This document shows positions 1 through 8,727 of a stretch of DNA of 64,000 nucleotides, piece by piece. How positions within the stretch are numbered: position 1 is the stretch's first letter; the number at the start of each line of letters is the position of its first letter. The notes beneath the pieces were generated by a model, which made no database searches, was not told where the DNA came from, and saw only the letters and a list, made by a program, of their open reading frames with translations. The DNA comes from a virus: positions 33,460-97,459 of IMG/VR virus record IMGVR_UViG_3300025127_007327. One strand, written 5' to 3'. A program made the translations under genes and the position numbers.

Positions 1-450
1 TTTGACTTTTTTAACTCTGAAGAACTTGTTGGTAGTCTTACTGGTATTGATAAAGAAGCCATGGGCACTTTGTTTGATAAAAGAAATTACAAGCACGAAA
101 GCAATCAAGTACAGATATTTGGCGATTTTGTGAAAAGCTGTGGCTTTAAAGAACATGAGTTTGAGTTAGTTGCTGGTGATATTACTAAAACAGCGTATCA
201 ATATGCAAAAGAACGCCCCGGCTTCAGAATATCATTGTTATATATCGATCTAGACCTCGATGAGCCTACTTACGAAACTCTCAACGCTCTTTGGGATAGA
301 GTAGTAAAGGGAGGTATAGTAGTGTTTGATGAGTATGCTTTTCATAAGTGGTCTGAATCCGCAGGTGTGGATAGATTTTTTGCAGACAAAGATATTCAGC
401 TTAAAACTTTAAATTATATTTGCCCAACAGCATACGTGGTGAAAAAATGA
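1..450 (+). CDS. TylF/MycF-family SAM-dependent O-methyltransferase (5' partial)
   Basis: Frame open from base 1 (FDFF...). Motifs ISLLYIDLDLDEPT and VKGGIVVFDEY are typical of TylF-like sugar methyltransferases. Confidence 0.8.
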   Translation, partial: FDFFNSEELVGSLTGIDKEAMGTLFDKRNYKHESNQVQIFGDFVKSCGFKEHEFELVAGDITKTAYQYAKERPGFRISLLYIDLDLDEPTYETLNALWDRVVKGGIVVFDEYAFHKWSESAGVDRFFADKDIQLKTLNYICPTAYVVKK

Positions 451-1229
451 TAATTGATAGAAATAAAAAATTTATATTTATACACAACCCAAGAACTGGA
501 GGAACGGCAATATCTAAATCATTATTAAATACTGATAATGTAAAAGAACTTATTGATCATGATACTTATATACGTTTATTTAATATTAATGTCAGACCAC
601 GTAAACAATGCTATCAAGCGGACGGAGAACCTTCACTTGAGAGATTAGTTTCAGGCTTGTCAACAAGCACTAAATTTGATGCTCTTGAAACTGTGTATTC
701 GGATGTTCCAAATTTGTTTTTTAGCCATCACGATCATTTATCTTTATATTCGTGTACATCACAACGCTTATTAAAAGAATTCAAATATAAATTTGTATGT
801 GTAAGAGATCCTTGGAGTAGGATGCTGTCCTACTATAGCAAAATAAAAACGTATCATGAGCTTGATGGTAGCACCCACCCCAGCGCACTCGGCCGACCGT
901 TTACTTTTGATTTTTTTATAGATGAGATAACAAGGAATAGATTTGATAATAACTTAAATTATCTATACGAAGTACCACAAACATATTGGACTTATGGTGT
1001 AGATGAAGTTATACGTTATGATGAGCTTAATAAAAAATGGGAATATATATTGCAATCTTGCGGGCTGAGTTATCAACCACTTCTTGAAGCTAGTAAAGAA
1101 ACAAACACAAGTCAAAGAAAAAAATGCTCTGATTATTATGAGAACGGTAATCATCTAATTGAAAAAGTAGCACATTGTTTTGCTGAAGAAATAGCTTTAT
1201 TTAATTTTGATTACAATGGTGACCTATGA
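447..1229 (+). CDS. Sulfotransferase (Sulfotransfer_2-like)
   Basis: 5'-PSB motif FIFIHNPRTGGT and 3'-PB motif VRDPWSRMLSYY. ATG at 447 overlaps the previous stop (ATGA). Confidence 0.82.
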   Translation: MIIDRNKKFIFIHNPRTGGTAISKSLLNTDNVKELIDHDTYIRLFNINVRPRKQCYQADGEPSLERLVSGLSTSTKFDALETVYSDVPNLFFSHHDHLSLYSCTSQRLLKEFKYKFVCVRDPWSRMLSYYSKIKTYHELDGSTHPSALGRPFTFDFFIDEITRNRFDNNLNYLYEVPQTYWTYGVDEVIRYDELNKKWEYILQSCGLSYQPLLEASKETNTSQRKKCSDYYENGNHLIEKVAHCFAEEIALFNFDYNGDL

Positions 1230-1684
1230 ATTTTTTAATATCACATCGAGGTAACATGCTGGGCCCGAATCCAGAAATGGAGAATAACCCAACTTATATT
1301 GACAAAGCTCTTGAAAAAGGTTATGATGTTGAAGTAGACATCAGAGGTTCATTCTATACTAAATTTTACCTTGGTCATGACGAGCAACAGTATATGGTAT
1401 CACCGGAGTGGCTTTTTGCTAGAGCGCGAAAGCTTTGGTTACATGCTAAAGATATACAATCATTACATTCATTAATACATCAAGCGTCTGGATTTAATGT
1501 TTTTTGGCATCAAGATGATTTCTATACACTAACATCACAAGGTTTCATTTGGACATATCCGGGTCATACATTAACACCCGATTCTATATGCGTTATGCCA
1601 GAGAGTTTTAGTGGTTTTTATTCAGAGAATGAAATAAGAAACTCAGCCGGCGTCTGCTCTGATTTTATAGAAAAATATAAATGA
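1226..1684 (+). CDS. Short GDPD/PLC-like phosphodiesterase-fold protein
   Basis: ISHRGN...EN...GYDVEVDI...LGHD...WLHAK motifs of the short GDPD-like proteins found in glycan loci. Confidence 0.7.
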   Translation: MNFLISHRGNMLGPNPEMENNPTYIDKALEKGYDVEVDIRGSFYTKFYLGHDEQQYMVSPEWLFARARKLWLHAKDIQSLHSLIHQASGFNVFWHQDDFYTLTSQGFIWTYPGHTLTPDSICVMPESFSGFYSENEIRNSAGVCSDFIEKYK

Positions 1685-2364
1685 TTTTATCTTGGCAACA
1701 AATACCGTCAACAATTATTTCCGAAATGCTGTGCGAAGGTTTTGACGGAGTAGTACTAGATACAGAGCATGGGTGCTATAACAATGAAACCCTGTACAAC
1801 TGTATTCAAGTAATCACATCTCACAACAAAAAAGCATTTGTAAGATTAACTGAAATTAATAAGACACTCATTAGAATGAGTTTAGACGCTGGAGCTTCTG
1901 GATTAATATTTTCCACGGTTGAGAGCGCCGCACAAGCTCAAGAGATTAAAGATTTGTGTCTGTACCCCAAACAAGGTGGAAAGCGCGGTCTGGGGCTTGT
2001 GAGGCAGAATAAATGGGGTCTTAAACATTTAATACAAGAACCACCAATTATGATCGCTCAAATTGAAACAAAAGAGGCGGTGCAAAATATGGCTGAAATA
2101 TATGCATGTGGTTTAGATTTTTACATGATTGGACCCTATGATTTGTCAGCAAGTTTAGGAGATCCAGCTAATTTTGAAAATAGTGAATTTATCGAGGCTG
2201 TTGAGTCTATTAAGAGAGTAGTTACTAACCCAAATCAAATGGCTGTGCACATTCCAACAGACGTTAACAAATATATTGACAAATACCGTGACTATGCTAT
2301 AATAGCTGTGGGTATGGATACTACCATTTTATTAGAGGGTTATAGGGAGTTAAATAATGCTTAA
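1681..2364 (+). CDS. HpcH/HpaI-family class II aldolase
   Basis: FDGVVLDTEHG, LDAGASG, YPKQGGKRG, QIET and GPYDLSASLG motifs. Confidence 0.9.
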   Translation: MILSWQQIPSTIISEMLCEGFDGVVLDTEHGCYNNETLYNCIQVITSHNKKAFVRLTEINKTLIRMSLDAGASGLIFSTVESAAQAQEIKDLCLYPKQGGKRGLGLVRQNKWGLKHLIQEPPIMIAQIETKEAVQNMAEIYACGLDFYMIGPYDLSASLGDPANFENSEFIEAVESIKRVVTNPNQMAVHIPTDVNKYIDKYRDYAIIAVGMDTTILLEGYRELNNA

Positions 2365-3331
2365 TTTTGAAAATTTAGGTGACCTGTTTGTAAAAGTGGT
2401 TCAAACCCCTGAGTGGGATGAATTACAAGAAAAATTCAACAACTGCAATGATATCTACGTTTTAGGTCACGGCGGCAACCTTGCGGTTGCAGATCATGCT
2501 GCAGTTGATATGACAAGACTGTCAAATGGTACAAAGAATGCTATTTGTCCGGGCTCTGGAGTCGTAGCCACATCATACATTAATGATAGTAGTTTTGAAC
2601 AGTGGATGGTCAATTGGTTATCCGCAAGAACTTGCACTAGAACCGCAGAACAAATGAAAAACTCTTTGGTTCTTGGAATTTCATCGTCTGGTAATTCAAT
2701 GGATATTCTCAAGGCTTTGCAGTGGGCTACTGATAATGGTATGCAGATTGCAATGATGACATCGAAAGATATCAGTATGGAAATTAAAAATCTTACAAAA
2801 GTTGTTGTGGGTGCTCATTATTATCATACTGCTGAAGTTCTCACACTTTTGTTAACTTATCAGCTTACACATGGTTCAGGTAACGTATGTCCACCAATCG
2901 GTAAGAACGATCCTGATGCGCTTAAAACCCTTAATTGGAAGGGTGGCAAAATTCGTGAACACAGTTACCCCGATGAAGAAATCAATATCGGTATTGATTT
3001 TGATAAAGTTATTCACAAGTGTTCTAAAGGATATTATGATGGAACCATCTATGACGAGCCCGTTGAGGGTGCCTACGATGCTCTTGAAAGACTTTCAAAA
3101 GATTATACCGTCATTGTGTACACATGTAAGGCTAAGCCTGACCGGGGGTTAGTCAATGGCAAAACTGGAACTGAACTTGTTTGGGAATGGCTGAAAGAAC
3201 ATAACATGTCTCAATTTGTCAGTAAGGTTACTGCCGAGAAACCAAGAGCAAGATTCTATATTGATGATAAGGCAATTAGATTTACTGATTGGGAATCTGC
3301 TTTTGAAATGATTGAGGAAATAGATGGCTAG
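2357..3331 (+). CDS. SIS-domain sugar-phosphate isomerase (GmhA-like) fused to a HAD-family hydrolase
   Basis: N-terminal VLGHGGN...ADHAAVD...GISSSGNS (SIS). C-terminal IGIDFDKVIH...VYT...KP...YIDDKA (HAD motifs). Confidence 0.78.
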   Translation: MLNFENLGDLFVKVVQTPEWDELQEKFNNCNDIYVLGHGGNLAVADHAAVDMTRLSNGTKNAICPGSGVVATSYINDSSFEQWMVNWLSARTCTRTAEQMKNSLVLGISSSGNSMDILKALQWATDNGMQIAMMTSKDISMEIKNLTKVVVGAHYYHTAEVLTLLLTYQLTHGSGNVCPPIGKNDPDALKTLNWKGGKIREHSYPDEEINIGIDFDKVIHKCSKGYYDGTIYDEPVEGAYDALERLSKDYTVIVYTCKAKPDRGLVNGKTGTELVWEWLKEHNMSQFVSKVTAEKPRARFYIDDKAIRFTDWESAFEMIEEIDG

Positions 3332-4178
3332 ATGCTTGGTCACCGGGCATCTTGGTTATATCGGCTCTAAGGTTTATAAAGAGTTAATTGACCAAGGACA
3401 TGAAGTATATGGTGTTGATTTAAAACACAATACTGATATTAGGTACGACCTGTTCGATTTTGATAAATTGTGTAGGAACGTTCCCTTTGTGCCTGAGTAC
3501 ATTTTTCACTTAGCAGCAATGCCAAGTGTTCAGTGGTGTGTTGAAAATCCCTCTGAGGCTATGTCACATAACGTTCTTGGTTCATCTAGAGTATTAGAAT
3601 ATGCAAAGATTAACAATGTTAAAAGAGTGATCTTTGCTAGTTCTGCTGCAGCATCAAATCCTGTTAGTCCTTATGGACTGCACAAACTTTATACTGAAGG
3701 AGAATGCAAACTTTACGCTAGATTGTATGGCGTAGATACTGTTTGTTTACGATTCTTTAATGTTTATTCAGAGGATCAAGAAGCTAACGGACCATACTCA
3801 ACAGTAATCTCTGCTTGGCTAAACGGAATAAAAAATGATTCTAATTTGTTTATTGATGGCGACGGTAAACAAACTAGAGACTTTATTCATGTTGATGATA
3901 TTGTAAGTGCTAATATATTTTGTATGAATTATAAAAAACAATTTGGTGGTAATAATTTTGACGTTGCCACAGGTTTCTCGCATCCTTTAAATTATATAAA
4001 AGATTTATTTAGCAAAAGATTTGATATTGATTGGATTCATAGAGTAGCAAGAGTCGGCGATATTAAGTTTTCATCATCTGATTCGGCCGCATTGCGTCGG
4101 CTTGGATGGTCTGCATCTATTAAAATCGAAGAAGGTCTTGAAAGATGCTTTAATAATTTGGAGAATCTTGATGAATAA
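3324..4178 (+). CDS. NAD-dependent nucleotide-sugar epimerase/dehydratase
   Basis: LVTGHLGYIGS Rossmann motif, FHLAA, catalytic YGLHK (YxxxK), LRFFNVY, GDGKQTRDFIHVDD. Confidence 0.93.
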   Translation: MARCLVTGHLGYIGSKVYKELIDQGHEVYGVDLKHNTDIRYDLFDFDKLCRNVPFVPEYIFHLAAMPSVQWCVENPSEAMSHNVLGSSRVLEYAKINNVKRVIFASSAAASNPVSPYGLHKLYTEGECKLYARLYGVDTVCLRFFNVYSEDQEANGPYSTVISAWLNGIKNDSNLFIDGDGKQTRDFIHVDDIVSANIFCMNYKKQFGGNNFDVATGFSHPLNYIKDLFSKRFDIDWIHRVARVGDIKFSSSDSAALRRLGWSASIKIEEGLERCFNNLENLDE

Positions 4179-4395
4179 GTTTAAAGTTGGAGAAATGGTT
4201 AAGTGGTATCTAACATACGCTGATGTAAATATTGTTAAAGATTCTGGAATAGGTGTTATAATAAAAAAAGAAATAATACAAAATCCGTACACTCATGTTG
4301 ATAATCAACTTAAATACGAGATATTTTGTAATAAACTTAATCAAAAAGAATGGTTCGTAGAACCATACATAGAAAAATTTAATATGGAGAAATAA
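4171..4395 (+). CDS. Small hypothetical protein (SH3/KOW-like start)
   Basis: Starts MNKFKVGEMVKW...GIGVII. ATG at 4171 overlaps the upstream stop. Confidence 0.55.
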   Translation: MNKFKVGEMVKWYLTYADVNIVKDSGIGVIIKKEIIQNPYTHVDNQLKYEIFCNKLNQKEWFVEPYIEKFNMEK

Positions 4396-4396
4396 A

Positions 4397-4639
4397 ATGG
4401 ATTTTAATATTGATGAAGGACAGAATGTAAAAACATTCAAGCTTTCTAATCAGGCACTTGGGTCTGTTATGATGGCACTACAAGAGTCGCTACTTAACGA
4501 GTTGGATATTGTACCAATTTTGAAAAGTTTCGATTTGATTGAATCTGAAGATGGTTTGATTGTTGCAAACCCACCAACAATCAGAGTATCTAACGAAGCT
4601 CCAATTAGTGAAGAAGATATTCTTAATATGGTCAAGTAA
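4397..4639 (+). CDS. Hypothetical protein
   Basis: GGAG ribosome-binding site upstream; tightly packed in the operon. Confidence 0.65.
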   Translation: MDFNIDEGQNVKTFKLSNQALGSVMMALQESLLNELDIVPILKSFDLIESEDGLIVANPPTIRVSNEAPISEEDILNMVK

Positions 4640-4884
4640 TGCCCCGCTATCGATACTTTTGTAATGCTTGCAAAGAAGAATTTATATCCTTCCATGCTAT
4701 CAGTTATGAAAAAGATGACTGTGACTTATGTGGAGCATTGGATATCGAGAAAAGACTTACTAAACCAATTAAAAAAATTAAGAAACAACAAAATGTAAAA
4801 GTTGGTTCCTTGACTAACAAGTACATTGAAGAAAACAGAGAAATTTTAAAAACTTTAAAAGACAATAGAGAAGAATATGAGTGA
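4639..4884 (+). CDS. FmdB-family zinc-ribbon protein
   Basis: MPRYRYFCNAC...CDLCG matches the MPxYxYxCxxC...CxxCG signature. Confidence 0.85.
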   Translation: MPRYRYFCNACKEEFISFHAISYEKDDCDLCGALDIEKRLTKPIKKIKKQQNVKVGSLTNKYIEENREILKTLKDNREEYE

Positions 4885-5209
4885 ACTTGAAATAACATTA
4901 ATTGCTGTTTTAACAGTAGTAATGATTTTATCATTGTTTGTTTTTATGTATGCAAGAAGTGCTGTTTCTCGGTTGCTAACCGCTGCTGAAGAAATGGGAG
5001 ATCTTAAAATAATGATTGACAATTTTGATGAACATTTAAGAGAAGTATATTCTTTAGAAACTTTCTATGGCGACCAGACCTTACAGGGCTTAATGGATCA
5101 TAGTAGATCTCTTAGTGAACAATTGGAAAATTTTGAATTTTTATATTCTCTTGTTGAATTTGAAGAAGAGGATAACGAAGAAATTGACAATCAAGAAGAA
5201 GAGAACTAG
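4877..5209 (+). CDS. Membrane-anchored hypothetical protein
   Basis: N-terminal hydrophobic helix ITLIAVLTVVMILSLFVFMYA and an acidic tail. Confidence 0.65.
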   Translation: MSELEITLIAVLTVVMILSLFVFMYARSAVSRLLTAAEEMGDLKIMIDNFDEHLREVYSLETFYGDQTLQGLMDHSRSLSEQLENFEFLYSLVEFEEEDNEEIDNQEEEN

Positions 5210-5894
5210 AGCGAAAAAAGGCAGAAAAAAGAATCATTACTTTACACAAGTACATGAAGATGCAATAGTTCGCTACACTAAAACAGAATCATATCGAGAA
5301 AGAACTGATCTATATGTTCAACTTATTCAGCCAGCACTTAGTGAGATGGTTGATAAAATTGTATTTACATACAAATTTACAAACTTGCCAAACATAGACT
5401 ACCTAAGAGATGAATGTAAGATTTGGCTTGTTACGATATTAGATAAATATAATCCAGATAAAGGCTCAAAAGCCTTTTCATATTTTAGTGTTATTACTAA
5501 AAACTGGTTTATTAACAAAGTCAAAAAGCAACAAAAGAAACGCGAGCGTGAAGTTGATTATGATAATATAGCTAAGCACTACGAAGAAGAGTTTTTGTCA
5601 ACTGATGACTCATATCTTAAGGAACGTGAGGAACAAGAATTTTGGACTTTGTTTTATAAAGAAATAAGTTCATGGGACGAATCAACGATGAAAGATAATG
5701 ATTTGAAGGTCTATCGTGCGATTAAGGTTTTATTTGAATCAAAAGACGACATTGAAATTTTTAACAAGAAAGCTATTTATTTATACTTGCGTGAGATAAC
5801 TGGCTTGAACACTAAGCAAATAGTTAACTCACTTAAGAAATTCAAAAAAAGATATTACTCTTTTAAAACTGATTGGGAAAACGGTAACATATGA
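5184..5894 (+). CDS. Phage sigma factor (T4 gp55-like late sigma)
   Basis: NHYFT...IVFTYKFT...KYNPDKGSKAFSYFSVITKNWF resembles sigma region 2 of gp55-like factors. Probable TTG start at 5184 with GAGGA upstream (the ORF track starts at 5115). Confidence 0.72.
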   Translation: MTIKKKRTRAKKGRKKNHYFTQVHEDAIVRYTKTESYRERTDLYVQLIQPALSEMVDKIVFTYKFTNLPNIDYLRDECKIWLVTILDKYNPDKGSKAFSYFSVITKNWFINKVKKQQKKREREVDYDNIAKHYEEEFLSTDDSYLKEREEQEFWTLFYKEISSWDESTMKDNDLKVYRAIKVLFESKDDIEIFNKKAIYLYLREITGLNTKQIVNSLKKFKKRYYSFKTDWENGNI

Positions 5895-6187
5895 GTTCAA
5901 AAAATGATTTAGATTTATTAATAGGCGAAGCGTTAGAAAATATTAGAAATGATCGAAAGATAGCCAATGAATTTCTTAATGAGATCGCAAATCAAATCGC
6001 GGCAGACGCTGAGAATAATAGAAGCCTAAGTCCCGTTGCCGCCAAACATATTGAAACTATGCAGCGTTCAAACGAGCAGCTTGTAAAAATTATAGGTCTG
6101 AAACATAAAAATAAAAATGAGAGCTTTGAACTAACAGAATTAGATAAATCTAATATTTATGATATGATTCAAAATAAGGAATCTTAG
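5891..6187 (+). CDS. Hypothetical helical protein
   Basis: ATGA overlap with the sigma gene; predicted all-helical. Confidence 0.65.
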   Translation: MSSKNDLDLLIGEALENIRNDRKIANEFLNEIANQIAADAENNRSLSPVAAKHIETMQRSNEQLVKIIGLKHKNKNESFELTELDKSNIYDMIQNKES

Positions 6188-6192
6188 TTCAT

Positions 6193-7653
6193 ATGAGTTT
6201 AGAAGAGTTATTCAATTTTGACACAGATAATATAGGTGATTTCTTATCAGACCCTCTTGGCTCATTTAAAAAAATCATAAATTCTTTTTATGATGGCACT
6301 GGAATTTTTAGTTCAGATCAGTTTTTAGCAGTTGCTCTTACTAATGGTGTTGAGATCGATGCAGAAGAAGCTACACTTCTTGGCTACCCCGCCGGCGGCG
6401 ATGAAATGAGACAACAAACATTTTACAAGTTTAAGGCAAGAACCATTGCCAAAGACAGCCCGCATATAGTTTTAACTGATCCTTGCACATTAACTGATAA
6501 AGTAACTCCTGATGTGAAGTGCCTTAGAAATGCACTAATTGCTGCTCACTCCACTGTAGTTTATAGCACTAATAGCGGGCAAGTAAATATAGGAAATATT
6601 GTTACTGTTAAGTTTTCTAGAAATTCTGACGATACTTTAAATTTAAGGCAAGGTAACTTAGTTAATTTTATAGATCCAAACAGAGATTTTGAATCACTAA
6701 CTCCTGAAGCGTGTGAATTTATTGAATCTGTTTTTGAACTTGGTGATTCTTATGCCCCGCCACCACCAATTGTTATAAACAGTGAAATATTTCAATTGGC
6801 TGAGGAATATGACAGGTCAAGCAATATCCGCTTTAAACGTAAAAACAACACATTTATTAAAGACTTATTAAAGCCATTTGATTCGTATGTAAAAGCATTT
6901 ATAATGGAATCTAAAAATTTATACGATATTGATATTAATATTTATAGTGGTGTTAGAACTAAATCACACCAACAACAATTATACAACGATTACGTAAAAA
7001 ATGGCAGAAAAGGACCAGCACCTGCTGAACCTAGTGGAAATACATTTACATCTCTTCATCAAGTGGGATTAGCCATAGATTTCAATTTTTTTAAGGATGG
7101 TAAATTGTATATGTCTCAATTAAGGGATTCACCAATTACAGGCAGACCATATCCAACAGATGATAAGGGAAAAATAACTACTGCTGGCATTCAACAACAT
7201 AAAAGAGAATGGATGAATACTGGAATTTTCAATGTTATTGACCGTCTTGGTCTTCGTTGGGGCGGTAATTTTAAAAATAATTATGATCCAATACACGTTG
7301 ATTTACCATACGGAAAACTTGGTTTAACAAAAAATGGAGTTTTTACATCGTTTAAAACTAATCGAGGGCTTGATACATATACTACTGGCGCTGGAGATGT
7401 GAAAGAAATAGGCTATAATCAAGCGTCAAGTGAAACTCTCGAAGAGAATGTTCTAAATTCAGTTAAAGATAAGATCGATAGAGGTAAAGCTGTTGACTCC
7501 ACTGATGCCCGACTCGCTGCAATCAGCGACGATCCCGTCGCTCCGTTCGATTCCGGGGATCCATTGGCAGAGGTCATCGCTCTCTCCGACGCTGATCTTC
7601 CAATTGATCCATTTACAGGTGTGGTTGATGATGGAACTGAAGCAGTAGAATAA
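6193..7653 (+). CDS. Putative baseplate-hub protein with M15 (Zn) peptidoglycan peptidase domain (virion-associated lysin)
   Basis: SGVRTKSHQQQLY...SLHQVGLAIDF...LRWGGNF...DPIHVDL fits peptidase M15 (SxH-x6-D...H). It sits at the head of the baseplate module. Confidence 0.75.
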   Translation: MSLEELFNFDTDNIGDFLSDPLGSFKKIINSFYDGTGIFSSDQFLAVALTNGVEIDAEEATLLGYPAGGDEMRQQTFYKFKARTIAKDSPHIVLTDPCTLTDKVTPDVKCLRNALIAAHSTVVYSTNSGQVNIGNIVTVKFSRNSDDTLNLRQGNLVNFIDPNRDFESLTPEACEFIESVFELGDSYAPPPPIVINSEIFQLAEEYDRSSNIRFKRKNNTFIKDLLKPFDSYVKAFIMESKNLYDIDINIYSGVRTKSHQQQLYNDYVKNGRKGPAPAEPSGNTFTSLHQVGLAIDFNFFKDGKLYMSQLRDSPITGRPYPTDDKGKITTAGIQQHKREWMNTGIFNVIDRLGLRWGGNFKNNYDPIHVDLPYGKLGLTKNGVFTSFKTNRGLDTYTTGAGDVKEIGYNQASSETLEENVLNSVKDKIDRGKAVDSTDARLAAISDDPVAPFDSGDPLAEVIALSDADLPIDPFTGVVDDGTEAVE

Positions 7654-7713
7654 ATAACAAATCTTAGTTAACAGTTTTAAAAAATAGTGATAATTATTAT
7701 ATAAGGTCAAAAA

Positions 7714-8724
7714 ATGAGCAAAAAACAACCAGCCGGCGCACCATTGCCCGATGGAACTTTTCCAGCCGATCAATTTAAAAATCAAAAATATGACCGCATC
7801 CCAGATAATTCTGGTGTCGGTCAAACTCCTTTAAAGAGAAAACGTCCTAAATTAATAGAAGCTGCTAATAATCATATTCTTTCACACAATGGTGGTCAAA
7901 TTGTTTTTGGTGGAGATAGACCATCTAATTTAACATCTGGTGGAGGTGGTGCAGGTTTTTATAAAAACTCAACAATTGATATTGTTGTTGGCCGCGCATC
8001 TAAAAATATAGATGTTAACAAAGTTCGCAAAAACGATGATCCCATTGATGGTTTTGAGTATGTTGGTAACTTATTTACGCGCGATGCTGCAAGAGTTTAC
8101 ATTTCTGAAAGCACAGAATTAGATAAAAACTTTGGCTTAGCTTTTGGTCCGCGTAAACCCTCCGGTGGTAAAAATACACACCCCGTTTCAGGAGTTGCGG
8201 TTAAAGCAGATATTGTTAGAGTTATTGGTACCGAAGGTGTTAATATAGTTACAGGTCCAGCAAATAATTTTTCCGGCAAGAAAGAAACAAATGTTCATGG
8301 AGGTAAAGTTTCTAGTGCCGGCGCCATCAATTTAATAGCCGGAAACTATACTGATGAAAAAATATATCTCGGCTCGCCAAGGACACCGGGCACTTCACTC
8401 ATAAAAATGATTCCATATTTACAACCAGCAATTAAAGGAGACTTTTTAGTTGAGTGTTTGCACGAAGTCATTAATTACGTTGATACTATTGAGGCGGCAG
8501 TTTTTAACATGTGTTTAATTTTGTGTCAAAAAGATGCAACGTTGGCAGGGGCTCTGTTGAATCCACCAGCCGGCGCAGCGCTGCTAGGCTCAGCCGCACA
8601 GACTTCTATATGGGGAACTTCACACGCATATACAGGACGCATTGTTGGAAACTCACTCAGAAATAAATTTTTAACCTACGGTAAAGCGAAACACATTAGA
8701 AGTCCTAATGTTTACTTAACATAA
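7714..8724 (+). CDS. Putative baseplate spike/hub (gp5-like) protein
   Basis: Gly-rich beta-strand segments (DAARVYISE, SGVAVKADIVRVIG). Lies between the lysin and the wedge genes. Confidence 0.45.
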   Translation: MSKKQPAGAPLPDGTFPADQFKNQKYDRIPDNSGVGQTPLKRKRPKLIEAANNHILSHNGGQIVFGGDRPSNLTSGGGGAGFYKNSTIDIVVGRASKNIDVNKVRKNDDPIDGFEYVGNLFTRDAARVYISESTELDKNFGLAFGPRKPSGGKNTHPVSGVAVKADIVRVIGTEGVNIVTGPANNFSGKKETNVHGGKVSSAGAINLIAGNYTDEKIYLGSPRTPGTSLIKMIPYLQPAIKGDFLVECLHEVINYVDTIEAAVFNMCLILCQKDATLAGALLNPPAGAALLGSAAQTSIWGTSHAYTGRIVGNSLRNKFLTYGKAKHIRSPNVYLT

Positions 8725-8727
8725 ATT

